NCBI RefSeq assembly: GCF_004010195.1
Contig: NC_057749.1
Coordinates: 14,295,142-14,359,141, forward strand
Origin: Chiloscyllium plagiosum
Lineage: Eukaryota
Reading direction: 5' to 3'
DNA: 64,000 nt
Shown piece by piece: positions 24,956 through 38,124 of this stretch. The translations under genes were made by a program, and so were the position numbers. The notes beneath the pieces were generated by a model. The model had not been told where the DNA came from, ran no database searches, and worked only from the letters and a program-made list of their open reading frames with translations. Numbering within the stretch: the stretch's first letter is position 1; every line of letters starts with the position of its first letter.

Positions 24956-26400
24956 AATGTCCTGTACAGCCGCAACATGACTTCCCAACTCCTGTACTCA
25001 ATACTCTGACCAATAAAGGAAAGCATACCAAACGCCTTCTTCACTATCTACCTGCGACTCCACTTTCAAGGAACTCTGAACCTGCACTCCAAGGTCTCTT
25101 TGTTCAGCAACACTCCCTTACCATTAAGTGTGTACGTCCTGCTCTGATTTGCTTTCCCAAAATGCAGCACCTCGCATTGATCTGAATTAAACTCCATCTG
25201 CCATTCCTCAGCCCATTGGCCCATCTTGTTCAGATCCTGTTGTAATCTGAGGTAATTCTTCGCTGTCCACTACACCTCCAATTTTGGTGTCATCTGCAAA
25301 CTTACTAACTCTACCTCATATGCTCACATCCAAATCATTTAGAGGGCCCAGCACCGATCCTTGTGGCACTCCACTGGTCACAGGCCTCCAGTCTGAAAAG
25401 CAACCCTCCACCACCACCACCCTCTGTATTCTACTTTTGAGCCAGTTCTGTATCCAAATGGCTAGTTCTCCCTGTATTCCATGAGATCTAACCTTGCAAA
25501 TCAGTCTCCCATGGGGAACCTTGTCGAACACCTTACTGAAGTCCATATAGATCACATCTATTGCTCTGCCCTCATCAATCTTCTTTGTTACTTCTTCAAA
25601 AAACTCAATCAAGTTTGTGATACATGATTTCCCACACACAAAGCCATGTTGACTATCCCTAATCAGTCCTTGTCTTTCCAATTACATGTACGTCCTGTCC
25701 CTCAGGATTCCCTCCAACAACTTGCCCACCACCGAGGTCAGGCTCACCAGTCTATAGATCCCTGGCTTGTCTTTACCGCCCTTCTTAAACAGTGGCACCA
25801 TGTTTGCCAACCTCCAGTCTTCCGGCACCTCACCTGTGACTATCGATGATATAAATATCTCAGCAAGAGGCCCAGCAATCACTTCTCAAGCTTCCCATAG
25901 AGTTCTCGGGTACACCTGATCAGGTCTTGGGGATTTATTCACCTTTAACCGTTTCAAGACATCCAGCACTTCCTCCTCTGTAATCTGGACATTCTGCAAG
26001 ATGTCACCATCTATACAGTCTATATCTTCCATATCCTTTTCCACAGTAAATACTGATGCAAAATATTCATTTAGTATCTCCCCCCATTTTCTGTGGCTCC
26101 TTGCTGATCTTTGAGAGGCCCTATTCTCTCTCTAGTTACCATTTTGTCCTTAATATATTCATAAAAACCCTTCGGATTCTCTTTAATTCTATTTGCCAAA
26201 GCTTGTTGAAACTGTGCACTACTCATCTTGTCTGTAAAGGCGGAAATCTGTAAAAATTGCTCTAATGCTTTATGGCATTGAACATTAATCCCTTAAATTA
26301 CAACTTCATTAGCCTCAAGTATTTTTTTCTGTACATAGTGATCTGTCTCATATGTAAAATTGCGATTAGTCACACCATTGGTGCATCTTTTGTCTATCTA

Positions 26401-26703
26401 TCAGTGGTTAGCACTGCTGCCTCACAGCGCCGGAGACCCAGGTTCAGTTCCCGCCTCAGGCGACTGACTGTGTGGAGTTTGCACGTTCTCCCCGTGTTTG
26501 CGTGGGTTTCCTCCGGGTGCACCGGTTTCCTCCCACAGTCCAAAGATGTGCAGGTCAGGTGAATTGGTCATGCTAAATTGTCCGTAGTGTTAGGTAAGGC
26601 GTAAATGTAGGGGTATGGGTGGGTTGCGCTTCGGCGGGGCGGTGTGGACTTGTTAGGCCGAAGGGCCTGTTTCCACACTGTAAGTAATCTAATCTAATCT
26701 AAT
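26401..26703 (+). mobile_element. HE1-type V-SINE, young (CpG-rich)
   Basis: Head, V-domain and (TAATC)n tail; CpGs retained. Confidence 0.92.
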
Positions 26704-28821
26704 AGCATTACTCACTCAAAGCCATTATGATACCTTACATTAGAAATAATTGGACCAGTGGTTCCCAACAAAATACGTCATCTTGGAGAACTTCAAACAT
26801 TCAAGCCCTTAAAAGAACCTTACAAAATACAAGCTATTACTTTTTCAGAGAACATAATATCAATTTCATAAATTTTAATGTCCATTGTGAAGAATATTTA
26901 TCCTCTTTTAATACTCCCTGTACAACCTGATCCTCTGAACTTGTGTGACGTTCCCATCAAAAAACAGGTTTGTCCAGTCCAGGATACTCTACTAATCAAT
27001 GCTCCTCAGTTTGGTCATTTCGAGATGCTATATCAATGGATATATTTGTTTTTTTTAAGCCTTTTGAAGAATCATCACAATTCTCTGCTTAGATCAGTGA
27101 AAGCCTTCATAGTGCAACATATTATACAACAGATTTGGAGCAAACATATTGTCTTGCATTTCAGTTATGAAGGGGGGTGTACTCAAGATAGTGTGTAATT
27201 AGCTGCGTGCTTCCAGCATTTTCCATTTTAAATTACTGTAGGTATTCTATGAAGTTTGAAACCTCAGTTGGATTTATCAGCAATTTCCAGGAAATTGTCT
27301 TGCATGTCTCCAATATTTCTCAAAGAAACTACTTTGCTCTGTTATTTTCTTCCAGCAGTAAATCACAGTGCTACAGCAATAATTTCAGAGTTTAAGCAGT
27401 TAAATGACAAAAATTGATTTATACATGCATTAAAATAAATTTCTATGCCTGGTACTGACTCATTCCTAAACATTTCGAATTGTACAATTTGTTATTAATA
27501 CTGCATTGCTGGCTGTGAAAATTTCAGCATGCTAAACGTACAATGAAATGAAAACCCCACTTACAAGTCTGTTCAGATTTCATCCATTACAATTTCCAAA
27601 AGGGTTCAGGAGAAGCTTCTCTCTGCTTCACAAAACGCTGTTTTCCCCCAGAGATCCTTTTCTCTTTTCAATGCCTTCTTTTCTGGTGCTAGGAAACAAC
27701 AATTGTTACTCACTTAAGATGCCAATAGTTAAATCATTTTTTTTTAACTAAACACAGAATGCTGATGTTAAAATCGCCAACTGCGCAGGAGAATTTCTAA
27801 TACAACACTTACTGCAAATTAGCTGGAACAAGTTCCTTGCAGCCCTGTGTGTGGCCTCTTGTCTGTTAAGGAATGATGTGCCTGAATCCCTTTCCTCCCA
27901 TTCCTGATTTCAATACCCTGGCAAATTTGTGTTGTTTTTATAGTGCAGGCTGACAGATATTTGAATTCTGCAATAGCACCACACGCCAAAAAAACCAAAG
28001 ATAAAAGCGAATTTCATCATTTCAAGTTTGGGCCATTATCAAATTTAAGAAGGGTGCAATTTTTGTAATCTAGTATGGCTCTTTTTTTAATAAAAGCAAT
28101 TGTTTCACACTTGCACAAAAAAAATGGGGAAGGGGGTAAGCATTTTCAGCTCAGTTAAACTGACGAAACAGTTCCTGATGAACAGTGACGAATGTAACTA
28201 GACTAGCTTTCAACATATATCGCCTATTGACACCATATGGTGCAATCATCACAATTACTTCAAGCAATTATCCTGAAAATAGCTAGGTTTCCATGCAAAA
28301 AAAACTTGCAAAAATTTTGTAACTTAATCGGATTTAAAGATATTTTATTTCCAAGTACATTTCTCTTACAGAATTCAATTACTGATGGCTAACTTAGTTA
28401 ACTAGTTCATATTTTTTAGACAATTCCCTTGCATTAAGCAATCATGCCTTTACAGAAAATTACTATTGAAGGAATTTTATTTCCTTCATTTAAGTACATA
28501 AGGAACTGTAGAACTGAAGGCAGGGGCACGTTAGATTTCAAATCAAGTATAGCCATTACATATCGTTTTTTGCAAAATGTATTAAAAAGAAAGTATCTTT
28601 AATTTTTCAACTTTTGCAGAAGAACAATATCTTGTACCAAAGTAATGTTTTAAAGATAGATTTGGCATGGCTTCTCAATTAACAATAGTGTCATCTGCAG
28701 TTAATCCAGTTTGGTCAAAAGCCCAGCTAACATGAAGTTATGTTATTAGTTTGATATGATGAATATTACTTTACACATTATTAATGTGTATTATGCATTA
28801 CATAATAATGTTTAGAGGAGG

Positions 28822-28935
28822 CTCTTGAGGTACAGTGGTAGTATCCCTACCTCTGAGCAAGGAGTACCAGCTTCAAGATTTACCTGCTCTGATATTCATC
28901 ATACCATGTCTGAACAGGTTGATTTAAAAATATCT
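28822..28935 (+). mobile_element. Short tRNA-derived SINE-like fragment
   Basis: GGTACAGTGGTAGTATCCCTACCTCTGAG head; a related minus-strand piece lies at about 34820-34875. Confidence 0.5.
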
Positions 28936-30124
28936 GTGACAGTGTTGCAAATCGTTAAGTAAAAGAGCAGCCCAACAAACATCCCAACACATTATCAAAT
29001 AATAACTTATTCAGTGAGATTAAGCAAATATGCTTTCATAACAACTGGGGTGTTATCCAATGCACAATACAAGGTAATTGACCTGGGCCAACTGAGAAAG
29101 TCAAATTGCTCCTTTATTATTTGCCCTCAGAGCTTACAAGCGTACTTTTTCAGAATTGAATGGTTATTTTACTTTTGTGAAAATACTGATTCAGCATCCG
29201 TTATTTTGAGACTGAAATCAAATCTTTATCTTTTTAACCAAAGGAAACACAGTAAGATGGTTAGAAAAACATACTGGAACAGGGTTTGATATCATCAGGA
29301 AGGGGTGATGGAAGACACAGACACAAAAGGTATACTAAGAAGCTGGAAGGCCATATGATGGCAGGAGACAGCACGAAACAGGATCAGCTTGGGGCACACT
29401 TAACCAAATCTTTGTCTCCCAACCATCAAAGTATGTACAACCAAAGACAATTGTCTTGATCCTGTGAAAGTCCAGATGGTACTCCCCTCTATAGGAATCG
29501 CCAGGATGTTTGATCTAATCTAATTTAGAGTTGGAGACTTCAGACAATTCCAGAGAACTTACTTGAATGATTGCCCAAGTAATGTTCAACAAAAATTCCT
29601 TTTAAAAGTAAAGTAATTGGCATGTAAACCAGAGTAAAGCCATCATAATTCAGCTGAGTCCTTTAAACTGAACACCAAATTGGTATCTACTGATTTTCTA
29701 AACTCCAAAAAGGCATCCCAGGAATTCTAATGGACTACTCTCCTATCCCATCCTTATGTACCCCCCAACTTCCATGGCAAGATCCAATTGCCCACCCCTG
29801 ACCAGATTACCTCTGTACCACCCCAACTACATTCCCAACAACACTAAATACCTATTTGAACTATTCAGCCATTCCAGCCACCTCACCTAACCTATCCACT
29901 TAACCACCACCTCCCTGTCCCTGCTCTCCTCCAGCTAGCCTCAAGAGTTTGAAAAGCATAGTCCATAATAGCTTGCATTACAGAATGTTTGACCTTGCTT
30001 CCAAAAAATGACATTTGAAAGGCAAGGGAAGTTACTGTATTCAACTTTAGATTTGGTTTAATTCACCAATGCAAAACATAAGATTACAGACAGCGAGGTC
30101 ACTTTTCCAATCTTCCAAAATCTG

Positions 30125-30335
30125 TTAACAGAATGTGGGCACTGCTGGCAAGGACAGTACTTACTGTTTGTCCCTAACTGCCCTTGAGAAGGTAGTTGTG
30201 AGCAGTCATCTTGACTGATCTCTTGTATGTACACCCATAGTTCTATGAAGAAAGGAGTTATGGGATCTTAAACTAACGACACTGAAGAAACAGAGACACA
30301 GTTTCAAGTTAGGATTGGTATGTGGTTTGGATGCA
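30125..30335 (-). mobile_element. CR1/L2-group LINE 3' end
   Basis: TCCCTAACTGCCCTTGAGAAGGT is similar to the 3' ends at 20955 and 44025. Confidence 0.65.
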
Positions 30336-30711
30336 TGTGAAGGCATTTGCACATAAACCAATCTATTATTGCTGATTTGATGTTTGGGCTGAGCCTTCAA
30401 TACAAGTGGGGATTGAGAACTTCATTACATCTGCTTCCTTCAATAAAAACACAAGTTGTGTTCTTCGCCACCCAAATTGCAAGTATCTCAAAATGATAAA
30501 TGCAGCAGTGCAACAGTATAGACATTTTTTAAATGAAGTATCGACTGTATACAATGTGGGTATTTTTAGAAAATCAAAAGATAGCAATTTGATTTGGAGT
30601 TTTAAGGATTTAACTCAATTATGGTAGTCTTAACGTAGCTTCCAAAGACTTTGCTCTTAATTTTGAAAATTAAACTTTATCTTAAAATCTTGCATTTTAT
30701 TTGAAGCGGTC

Positions 30712-31012
30712 TTAGATTAGATTACTTACAGTGTGGAAACAGGCCCTTCGGCCCAACAAGTCCACACCGACCCGCCGAAGCGCACCCACCCAGGCCCATT
30801 CCCCTACATTTACCCCTGCACCTAACACTACGGGCAATTTAGCATGGCCAATTCACCTAACCTGCACATTTTTTGACTGTGGGAGGAAACCGGAGCACCC
30901 GGAGGAAACTCACGCAGACACAAGGAGAATGTGCAAACTCCACACAGTCAGTCGCCTGAGGTGGGAATTGAACCCGAATCTCTGGCGCTGTGAGGCAGCA
31001 GTGCTAACTACT
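30712..31012 (-). mobile_element. HE1-type V-SINE, young
   Basis: Close reverse-complement match to 26401-26703. Confidence 0.92.
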
Positions 31013-34000
31013 CTGCCCACATTATTAGTTATCATCAAGAAAAATTGCAGATGAGAGAGAGGGTAAAGGGTACAAATCCATATCCACTGATACCAACATT
31101 GCGAATTCCTGAGCTCAGAAAGACCTTCTGAATTTTTTTTTAAGAAAAGGAGAATATTAGTACATTCTGAGGTGGATGTGGAAAATCTGAAATGCCAGGT
31201 ATTTCACTTCTCATATTTCACTGAATTCAGTTGCCATCACGAACAGAGCACTAGAAACTGGTCAGGATAGTAAGGAAAAACTGAAAATAATGGATTTTTT
31301 TTCAAAAGGAATGGGAAATATAGACTATTGAATCGAAGATCTCCAACTGGTCAAAAACATATTCAGTAGAGATTGCACTGGCAACACAGACGTCGGCAAG
31401 GTGCTTGAAGACTGATTACAAATGAATAGGTCACTGCTTTATCTCGTGAGTAGGTCTTAGCTTTCAGAATCAGCATTAATTTTCTGTCCTGTAATGTTTA
31501 GATAGATGTTTTTCTATATTGATTTATAATTACGAATTTTGTATACGATTATACGGTAAATATATAAACAGAAAAAATTTTCAATAAAAAGCTGTATCAG
31601 GAAAGGTAGAATTTACAGGGCCTAACTTCCTCAGGCAGCTCAAAGCGTACTCGAGTACCCGGTAGATTTGCATGCCAATACATTGCACTTCTGCTGTGCA
31701 AACCACTTTGGAACTCATTACTGTATTGAAACAGGGCTATACATGAACTCCAAAGCAAAGACAGGTGTAAAGTGATTCACTGAGTACACATCAATGTAAA
31801 ATATTGCAGTACAATAGTGATAAGTACCAAATACACCATATCTTTGGAGAGCAAATCCACCTCAGAGCTCACAATGGTTTGATCTCCCAAAATGTAGTTT
31901 ACTGATCCATTTCTGGGAGCTTGTTTCTTGAGCATCAGAGTGTGGACTGTGGTGTACACCAATGTCGTTGGTGTACTTGCACGCTGCATGTGTGGGGACA
32001 AAACCTCAGTTCCTTTGAAGCTTTAGCCCAAGGCTGTGAGGGACACAGTTGTGTCAGCCCAAGGATGTACTGTACAGGATTTGCCTATTGAAAGGCTGTG
32101 TATAGACAGAATGAGAGTTGCATATTTGGCTCCCCTCCTTCATATTACTTCTGGCCAGCACTGTGGGCTGAACGTGAGAAGAAAACTAGTACACAAAAAG
32201 TAAGAAGCATGCTAATGCTGAAACTGCACTCCATGTAATGTCAAATTTAAACTGTTATGTAATGTAAATTTATGAATCAAATATATTCATCAGGCAAAAA
32301 AAAAACTTTTTAAAACTGAGGCAACAGCTTTGATATTGTATTATTACTGGTTCCCATAGCCAAACAATATTAAGCACTGAGAATAAAGCTGATGAAATTT
32401 GTTAAGATTGTGCAGCTAAATGAAAGGATTTTCTTTCAGATTTTGGTGTCTAAAGCTGGTCTAATGTGCTTAATAAAAACAGTATATTCATAATGCTGAA
32501 GTTAGGCATCCATCCTATACATATTCCCCTGTCCCAATCTTTGGTGCATCATGACATCACTTGATGACACCTTAAATTAAACTGAATAATGCCAGTCTAC
32601 AAAAATATTACTAAATTGTTGACACAAATTTAAACAACTTTAGTGCAGTAGAGTTTTAAACATAACATTTAACATAGCAAAAAACTTTAAAACAAGCCAA
32701 AGCACTCCTGTGCACTGCAGCACTAAAATGTGTGATGCTAGAGCTTTTGAACTCATTAAAGTACATCTAAGGTGGCAAGCTATCATTAACACCACAATTA
32801 GCGCGATATACTGAAATTAGCCAAATTTTTTCTGTGATAAGTACGAGTAAGAGTCAGATAGATACTCGTGGAGACAAATCCAACAATACTCTAGAATAAG
32901 ACGCAAACTAATCTAAGATCAGGTTTGGTTAGTGGTTCAAATACCATTTCAAAATGTAAAGACACATTCTAAGCTGAAGAATGCTGCAGTATTAAGCAGA
33001 ACAATTAAATGGAGGCTTCTTCTTTGTTCTGTTGTTTCAATTGGATACCATCGATCTCGCAGCAATATTTGAAGGACAGAGAGTTCTTTCAGTTTATTTC
33101 TCAGCACTATTCCCTCAACCAGCATCCAAAATAAAGCTTAAGTTAACAGTCATTTCATTCTTAGCTTCCAAATTATTGCGGGCTTTTGGCTACATCAGAA
33201 ATAATTCATTAACTTACAATGGGTGTGTTGTTCTATAAAATCAAATTATTTCTTCTTTTTAATGCTGCTAGTAAAGGGGAAATACAGTTTTCCATCAGGA
33301 ATTCAGTGGAGTTAGTTTGAAATGAGGTATTATCGTCAAGTAGGAGACAGGCAGTTCAGGGAAACTAAGCAATAATTCAACATAGAAAGCAAGTGAAAAC
33401 TGAACTCTGCTTGATAGTTCATGTAGCAAAGCACATCCTTTTTTTGTTGAAAACCTATAACAACCCTTTCACTTGATACAAGCTATGGATAAAACCACTC
33501 CAAGTTCACAGCCCACATATAAAAACATCCAGCAATTTCACAAAGTTCCAACATCAACAGTTCCCTAAGTAACGTTCCAAAGATCACAAATTAACAGTAG
33601 AACTTAATTATCCAGATATGCCGCATCTCATTCATTAATCACAATTCCTAATATAAATAGTTCATTTTAACCTTTTCACCTCAATCAATTGTGTTGAACA
33701 ATAGCTGAAAATTGCTCTGAAGATTATAGTGTAACATTGAAAATCTGCGCTATGAATACCTAATTATGAATGAAATTAACACAGGAAATCACATATTATA
33801 TGCTGAAATAAAAACAGAAAATTCTACTCAAAGGCAGCCTAGTTAGATATCACATGTATAAAAACAGAATTTATTTTTCTAGTCACTCGTCAGAACTGGA
33901 AGATGCTAATTCTAACCAAGAGCAGAGCTCTGGGGCATGATGGAAAAGTAGAAACATGAAAAGGATATGATAAGGTGAAGGGCAACAATGACTAAGCAAG

Positions 34001-34258
34001 GTAAAAATGAGTATTGAAACAAAACAGCAAAGTACGAGACTGGAAAAGGCATGGTGGATTGCAGACCTCCATGACTCAGGAATTATACCCCACCAAAATC
34101 ATTCAGTTGAAGGCATATTTCACGCAAGGAATTGATTCAAGGTATTCTTCCCCTAACCATCTGTGATTCTACTTGCCCTCACTTAATTGCCTGACATGAT
34201 GCTGGCCTTGATGGGAAATGGATTTTACTGGTGTAGCACCAATATTTTTGAAAAACGA

Positions 34259-34444
34259 GGGAGCAAATTACTGCAGGTGTTGGGACCTGTGCTGAAAACA
34301 ACGAATACTGGAGATCACAGCGGGTCAGGCAGCATCCACGGAGAGAGCTCTGATGAAGAGTCATCGAGACTCGAAACATTAGCTTGCTCTTTCTCCATGG
34401 ATGCTGTCTGACCTGCTGTGATCTCCAGCATTTGTTGTTTTCAG
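34259..34444. mobile_element. Palindromic PLE-derived element (variant C) with central hammerhead
   Basis: Arms CTGAAAACAAC.AAT.CTGGAGATCACAGC.GGTCAG and its inverse; imperfect 14 bp TSD at 34245-34258 and 34445-34458. Confidence 0.8.
34346..34384 (+). ncRNA. Minimal hammerhead ribozyme motif
   Basis: AGCT-CTGATGA-A-GAGTC-atcga-GACTC-GAAA-CATT-AGCT: 4 bp stem I, perfect 5 bp stem II, stem III CA where CG is expected. Confidence 0.65.
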
Positions 34445-36506
34445 TTTTTGAATAATGATTTGTTCACATGAAAGAATATCCTTATTGAAGTGGTTACAGC
34501 CATCCCATCAAACATGTAAAATACATATTGGTCATAAATCCATTCTCACTGCAGGCTATCTACTGAGAATGTTGAAAATCCTGAAAATTCTTCTCAAATG
34601 GAGGTTGTTTTCTTCTTTGATACGGCTTTAGGAATGGAAGCTGTCAGCCATAGTTTAACATCAACTTCCCCAATTAGTCCAGCGCCCCAAGGATGTCCAC
34701 ACACAAGGCTGGGATTGGGGCAAGCTGTTACCATGGGGATATATATATATATCTGTCTGTCTGTCTATCAATCAATCAATCAATTCTGATATGACACAAC
34801 ACACCTCTCAAGCTGATAGGAGTTGAACCTAGACAGCCTGGTTCAGAGGCAGGGACACTACCACTGTGCCATAAGTACTTTAAAGATGTTATCATGTGCT
34901 ATGTCATTTGGTCAGGGCTTCCACAGTCAGAGTCAGGAGTATGTTTTTTCCACTGGTTGGGGACATTTTGCACATTGAGTGCAGTATTTTGTCATTTTCA
35001 AAGCAGAATGCTGAGATTATGGATTAAGCTGGGTATGGTTGCTGTTTCCACATGTAATCACGTTTGACAAATCAGAGGTTAACATGGCTTCCATATCCTA
35101 GAAAGATATTGGTATGTATTGCAGAGAGCCTTCCCCTCTGTCAGATGACTTAAATCTTGTTGAACTAGATGCTGGTCTGGCAAACACAAACAAGGGCAAA
35201 GCAAATAGTCTCCCATCTTGGTGCACTGGTAAAACAATGGCTACTGGCACACTGATCAACTGCGATGGGAAATGGTCACTTTGTCCTAATCTAACACAAG
35301 GCAAAGGTAATAATCAAGTCAAAATAAACAACAACAAAGAAACAACCCTGAGAATAGTAGGCTCCAGTTCACTGCTTTGCACAATCCAGAAACTCCGACA
35401 GCAGCTCATTCGTTTTAAGAATTAGCCCTACAACTGATGGTGGTTTTTCATCACGAGCTGTGAAGAAGCTGTCAAGGCTTTCATCATAAGTTCAAGGCTA
35501 CAGCCACTTTCATAAACCTGTCATCAGCTGACAATACTTGTAGTGATATGGACTGGTGTACAAACGGTCTCAGCTGTGCCAACTATACTTGATGCTGCTG
35601 ATATTTCCAATCAAGAGAAGGACGATATTTAAATGGTCTCCCACAGGGCAGTGTCCCACTCATTTTTATAAACACCTACACTAGCGACATACCAACCATA
35701 TCATATTGTATTTATATTTATGCCAATACATGGAATTAAGATGGGGTAATGGACATATGGAGAGAGATCTGAGTCAAAAGAAAAAGGTTCCTTAGAGAGG
35801 TAAATGGATTGTGAAGAAGTTTAGGAAGCAAGTTTCAAACAACAGGGCCATAGCAGCTAACAGTTGTCCTGTCAATGGAATACAAAAGGGAAATAGGACA
35901 CACAAAACCCATCATGAGAGGGCTGAGTGCTAGACAGCCTAATTACTTTCAGCAACTGGGCCATAGTCCTAGATAACTGAGGTAGGCCTTCTAAACATCC
36001 CATTTCAGCACTCAACCACCCTCACAACATTTGATAATTTACTTTCAGGATTGACAAACAGCAAAGATTATGCATAATAGGGCCCTTTACACCTCAGGAA
36101 ACCTCTCCACTTGACCCACCTCATTATGCTTCAAACCAGTTCAGAAATCCCATTTGAGAACAATATTTCTGCAAAATCTTAAACTAATGTGATTCAACAA
36201 TTTTTGCTTAACAATCTAGATGATGTTTGAATCTTAATTTTAAGATCAGCAGCAGGAGATATAATTAGAGGTCAATAATGCGTTCAACATATTATGAATG
36301 GCACACTTTGTGTTAAATAGCAAATGGTTCATGGGTGCATTAAAATTAAACAGATTTTATTATTTCCTCATCCCAGACTCAATATTTGGAGAACATGGCT
36401 AATTTTATAGAATAATGAAGCACATTAACCTAAAATACAAATGGGCAAGTTATCCTTCATACATCATCTCTACAAGTTTCAATCATTTTTAAAGTAAGTA
36501 AGTTAA

Positions 36507-36799
36507 TAGATTACCACAGTATGGAAACAGACCATTTGGCCCAACAAGTCCACACCGATCCTCCGAAGAGTAACCCACCCAGACCCATTCTCCTACCCTA
36601 TATTTACACAGACTAATCCAGCTAGACAATATGGACAATTTAGCATGGCCAATTCACCTGACCTGCACATCACCCGGAGGAAACCCATGCAGACACGGGG
36701 AGAATGTGCAAACTCCACACAGACAGTCACCCAAGGCAGGAATCGAACCCGAGTCCCTGTTGCTGTGAGGCAGCAGTGCTAACCACTGAGCCACCATGC
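36507..36799 (-). mobile_element. HE1-type V-SINE with an internal deletion
   Basis: GAATGTGCAAACTCCACACAG and GCAGTGCTAACCACTGAGCCACC. Confidence 0.9.
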
Positions 36800-37502
36800 G
36801 TACTTGTATGTATTTAAATATTATATCATAAATACTAGAGTAACAGTTAGTCTTACATAAAAAAAGGCCCCCCAATATTTAGCCAAGAAAATCCAAATTC
36901 TTCATACTATTCATTTGCCACTGAAATCAAACTCACTCTGCTACTCAATCTATTTAAATTGACTCAGAGCAACACTGCTCAACTCTTTGGGTTCAAGCAT
37001 TTTAACATGATGAGAAGGCTACCACCTCACTCATGTGTGCTACAAATCCTGCAGTTTATTATTACCAGTGTCAAGAAGAAATGGTAAATACATGAACTCT
37101 CTTCAAACTTACAGCTGTTGAAATTGCAGAGCAGACAAATAATTGTGTAGCAGCTACAGAATTCATAAGAAATCAGAAAAGAAAATTAGAGCTTGGAGGA
37201 AACTCTACATAATTAAGGAAATCCCCAAAATAAATGCACAGAGGAAAGTTAGCATGTGGCCACAATCAAAAGATGAAGGTGCAAAATAAGTCAACGAATA
37301 TCAACAAAATGTACGCTAATTCACCAAGAAACTGCGAATCTAGATCCAAGTCAAAAGTAAATAAGGCGGTGCAGATTTCAAAGCAACTCTGGATAGTGCA
37401 TCAAGTTTTTGAACAGAATCAGTTTTGCACTATGCCAGCAGACCAAGATTTCAGAGGCCCCCCAAAAAAAACTTGACGACAGGCTTATCATATTTCAGTG
37501 GA

Positions 37503-38115
37503 TATAGGTGCAGAATTGGGCCAATTGGCCCAATGAGTCTACTCTGCTATTCAATCATGACTAATGATTCCCAGCCAAATTCTCCAGCCTTCTCCCTGTA
37601 ATCTTTGATCCTCTTACTCATCAAGAACTTTTCTATCTCTGTCTTAAAGACACTTAACGACTTGGCCTCCACAGCCTTTGTGGCAAGGAGGTTCACAGAT
37701 TCACCATCCTCTGGCTGAAGGAATTCCTCTTCTTTTCAGTTCTAAGGGGTCATCCCTTCATACTGAGGCTGTGCCCTCAGGTCAGAGTCTCTCTAGTGGA
37801 AACATCTTCACATCCACTCTACCCAGGCCTCTCAGTATTCTGTGAGTTTCAGTCAGATTTCCCCTCATTCTTCTAAATTCAGAGAATACAGACACAGAGT
37901 CCTCAACGACTACTCGTTTGACAAGCCCTTTATTGTCAGCTCATTCTTGTAAACCTCTTCTGAACCTCTCCAAGGCCAGCACATCTTTCCTTAGATAGGG
38001 AGATCACACCTGCTCACAATATTCTAAATGCAGTCTGACCAGAGCCTTATACAGCCTCAGTAGTACACCCCTGTCTTGTATTCTAACCCTGTCAAAATGA
38101 ATGCTAACATTGTGC
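37503..38115 (-). mobile_element. CR1 3' fragment
   Basis: Same layout as 24454-24893 (ATAGGTGCAG..., ACC..C.CTCTGG.TGAAG.A.TT). Confidence 0.8.
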
Positions 38116-38124
38116 TATTGCATA

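Larger units (their letters stand above)
23644..26200 (-). mobile_element. CR1 (HER1-like) LINE, 5'-truncated, with nested insertions
   Basis: RT motifs WRLANMVPLFKKG, QHGFV, YMDFSKVFDKVPH, SGVPQGSVLGP, and C-terminal RGH..R...FF.QRVV..NELPE; GACTCTA-type tail; frameshifted. Confidence 0.95.

Noticed and set aside
28158..28195. CTGACGAAAC / CTGATGA as another hammerhead
   Set aside because: No stem II or correctly placed GAAA, and no stem I pairing.
29750..29940. C-rich tract
   Set aside because: Low complexity, with no periodicity or coding signal.
32144..32190. Acceptor-like sites giving very short terminal peptides (also near 11778, 52843 and 1558)
   Set aside because: An acceptor alone is expected by chance in 64 kb; cannot be supported without RNA data.
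35098..35304. 68-aa minus ORF as an exon
   Set aside because: Acceptor is plausible, but there is no recognisable homology or other support.
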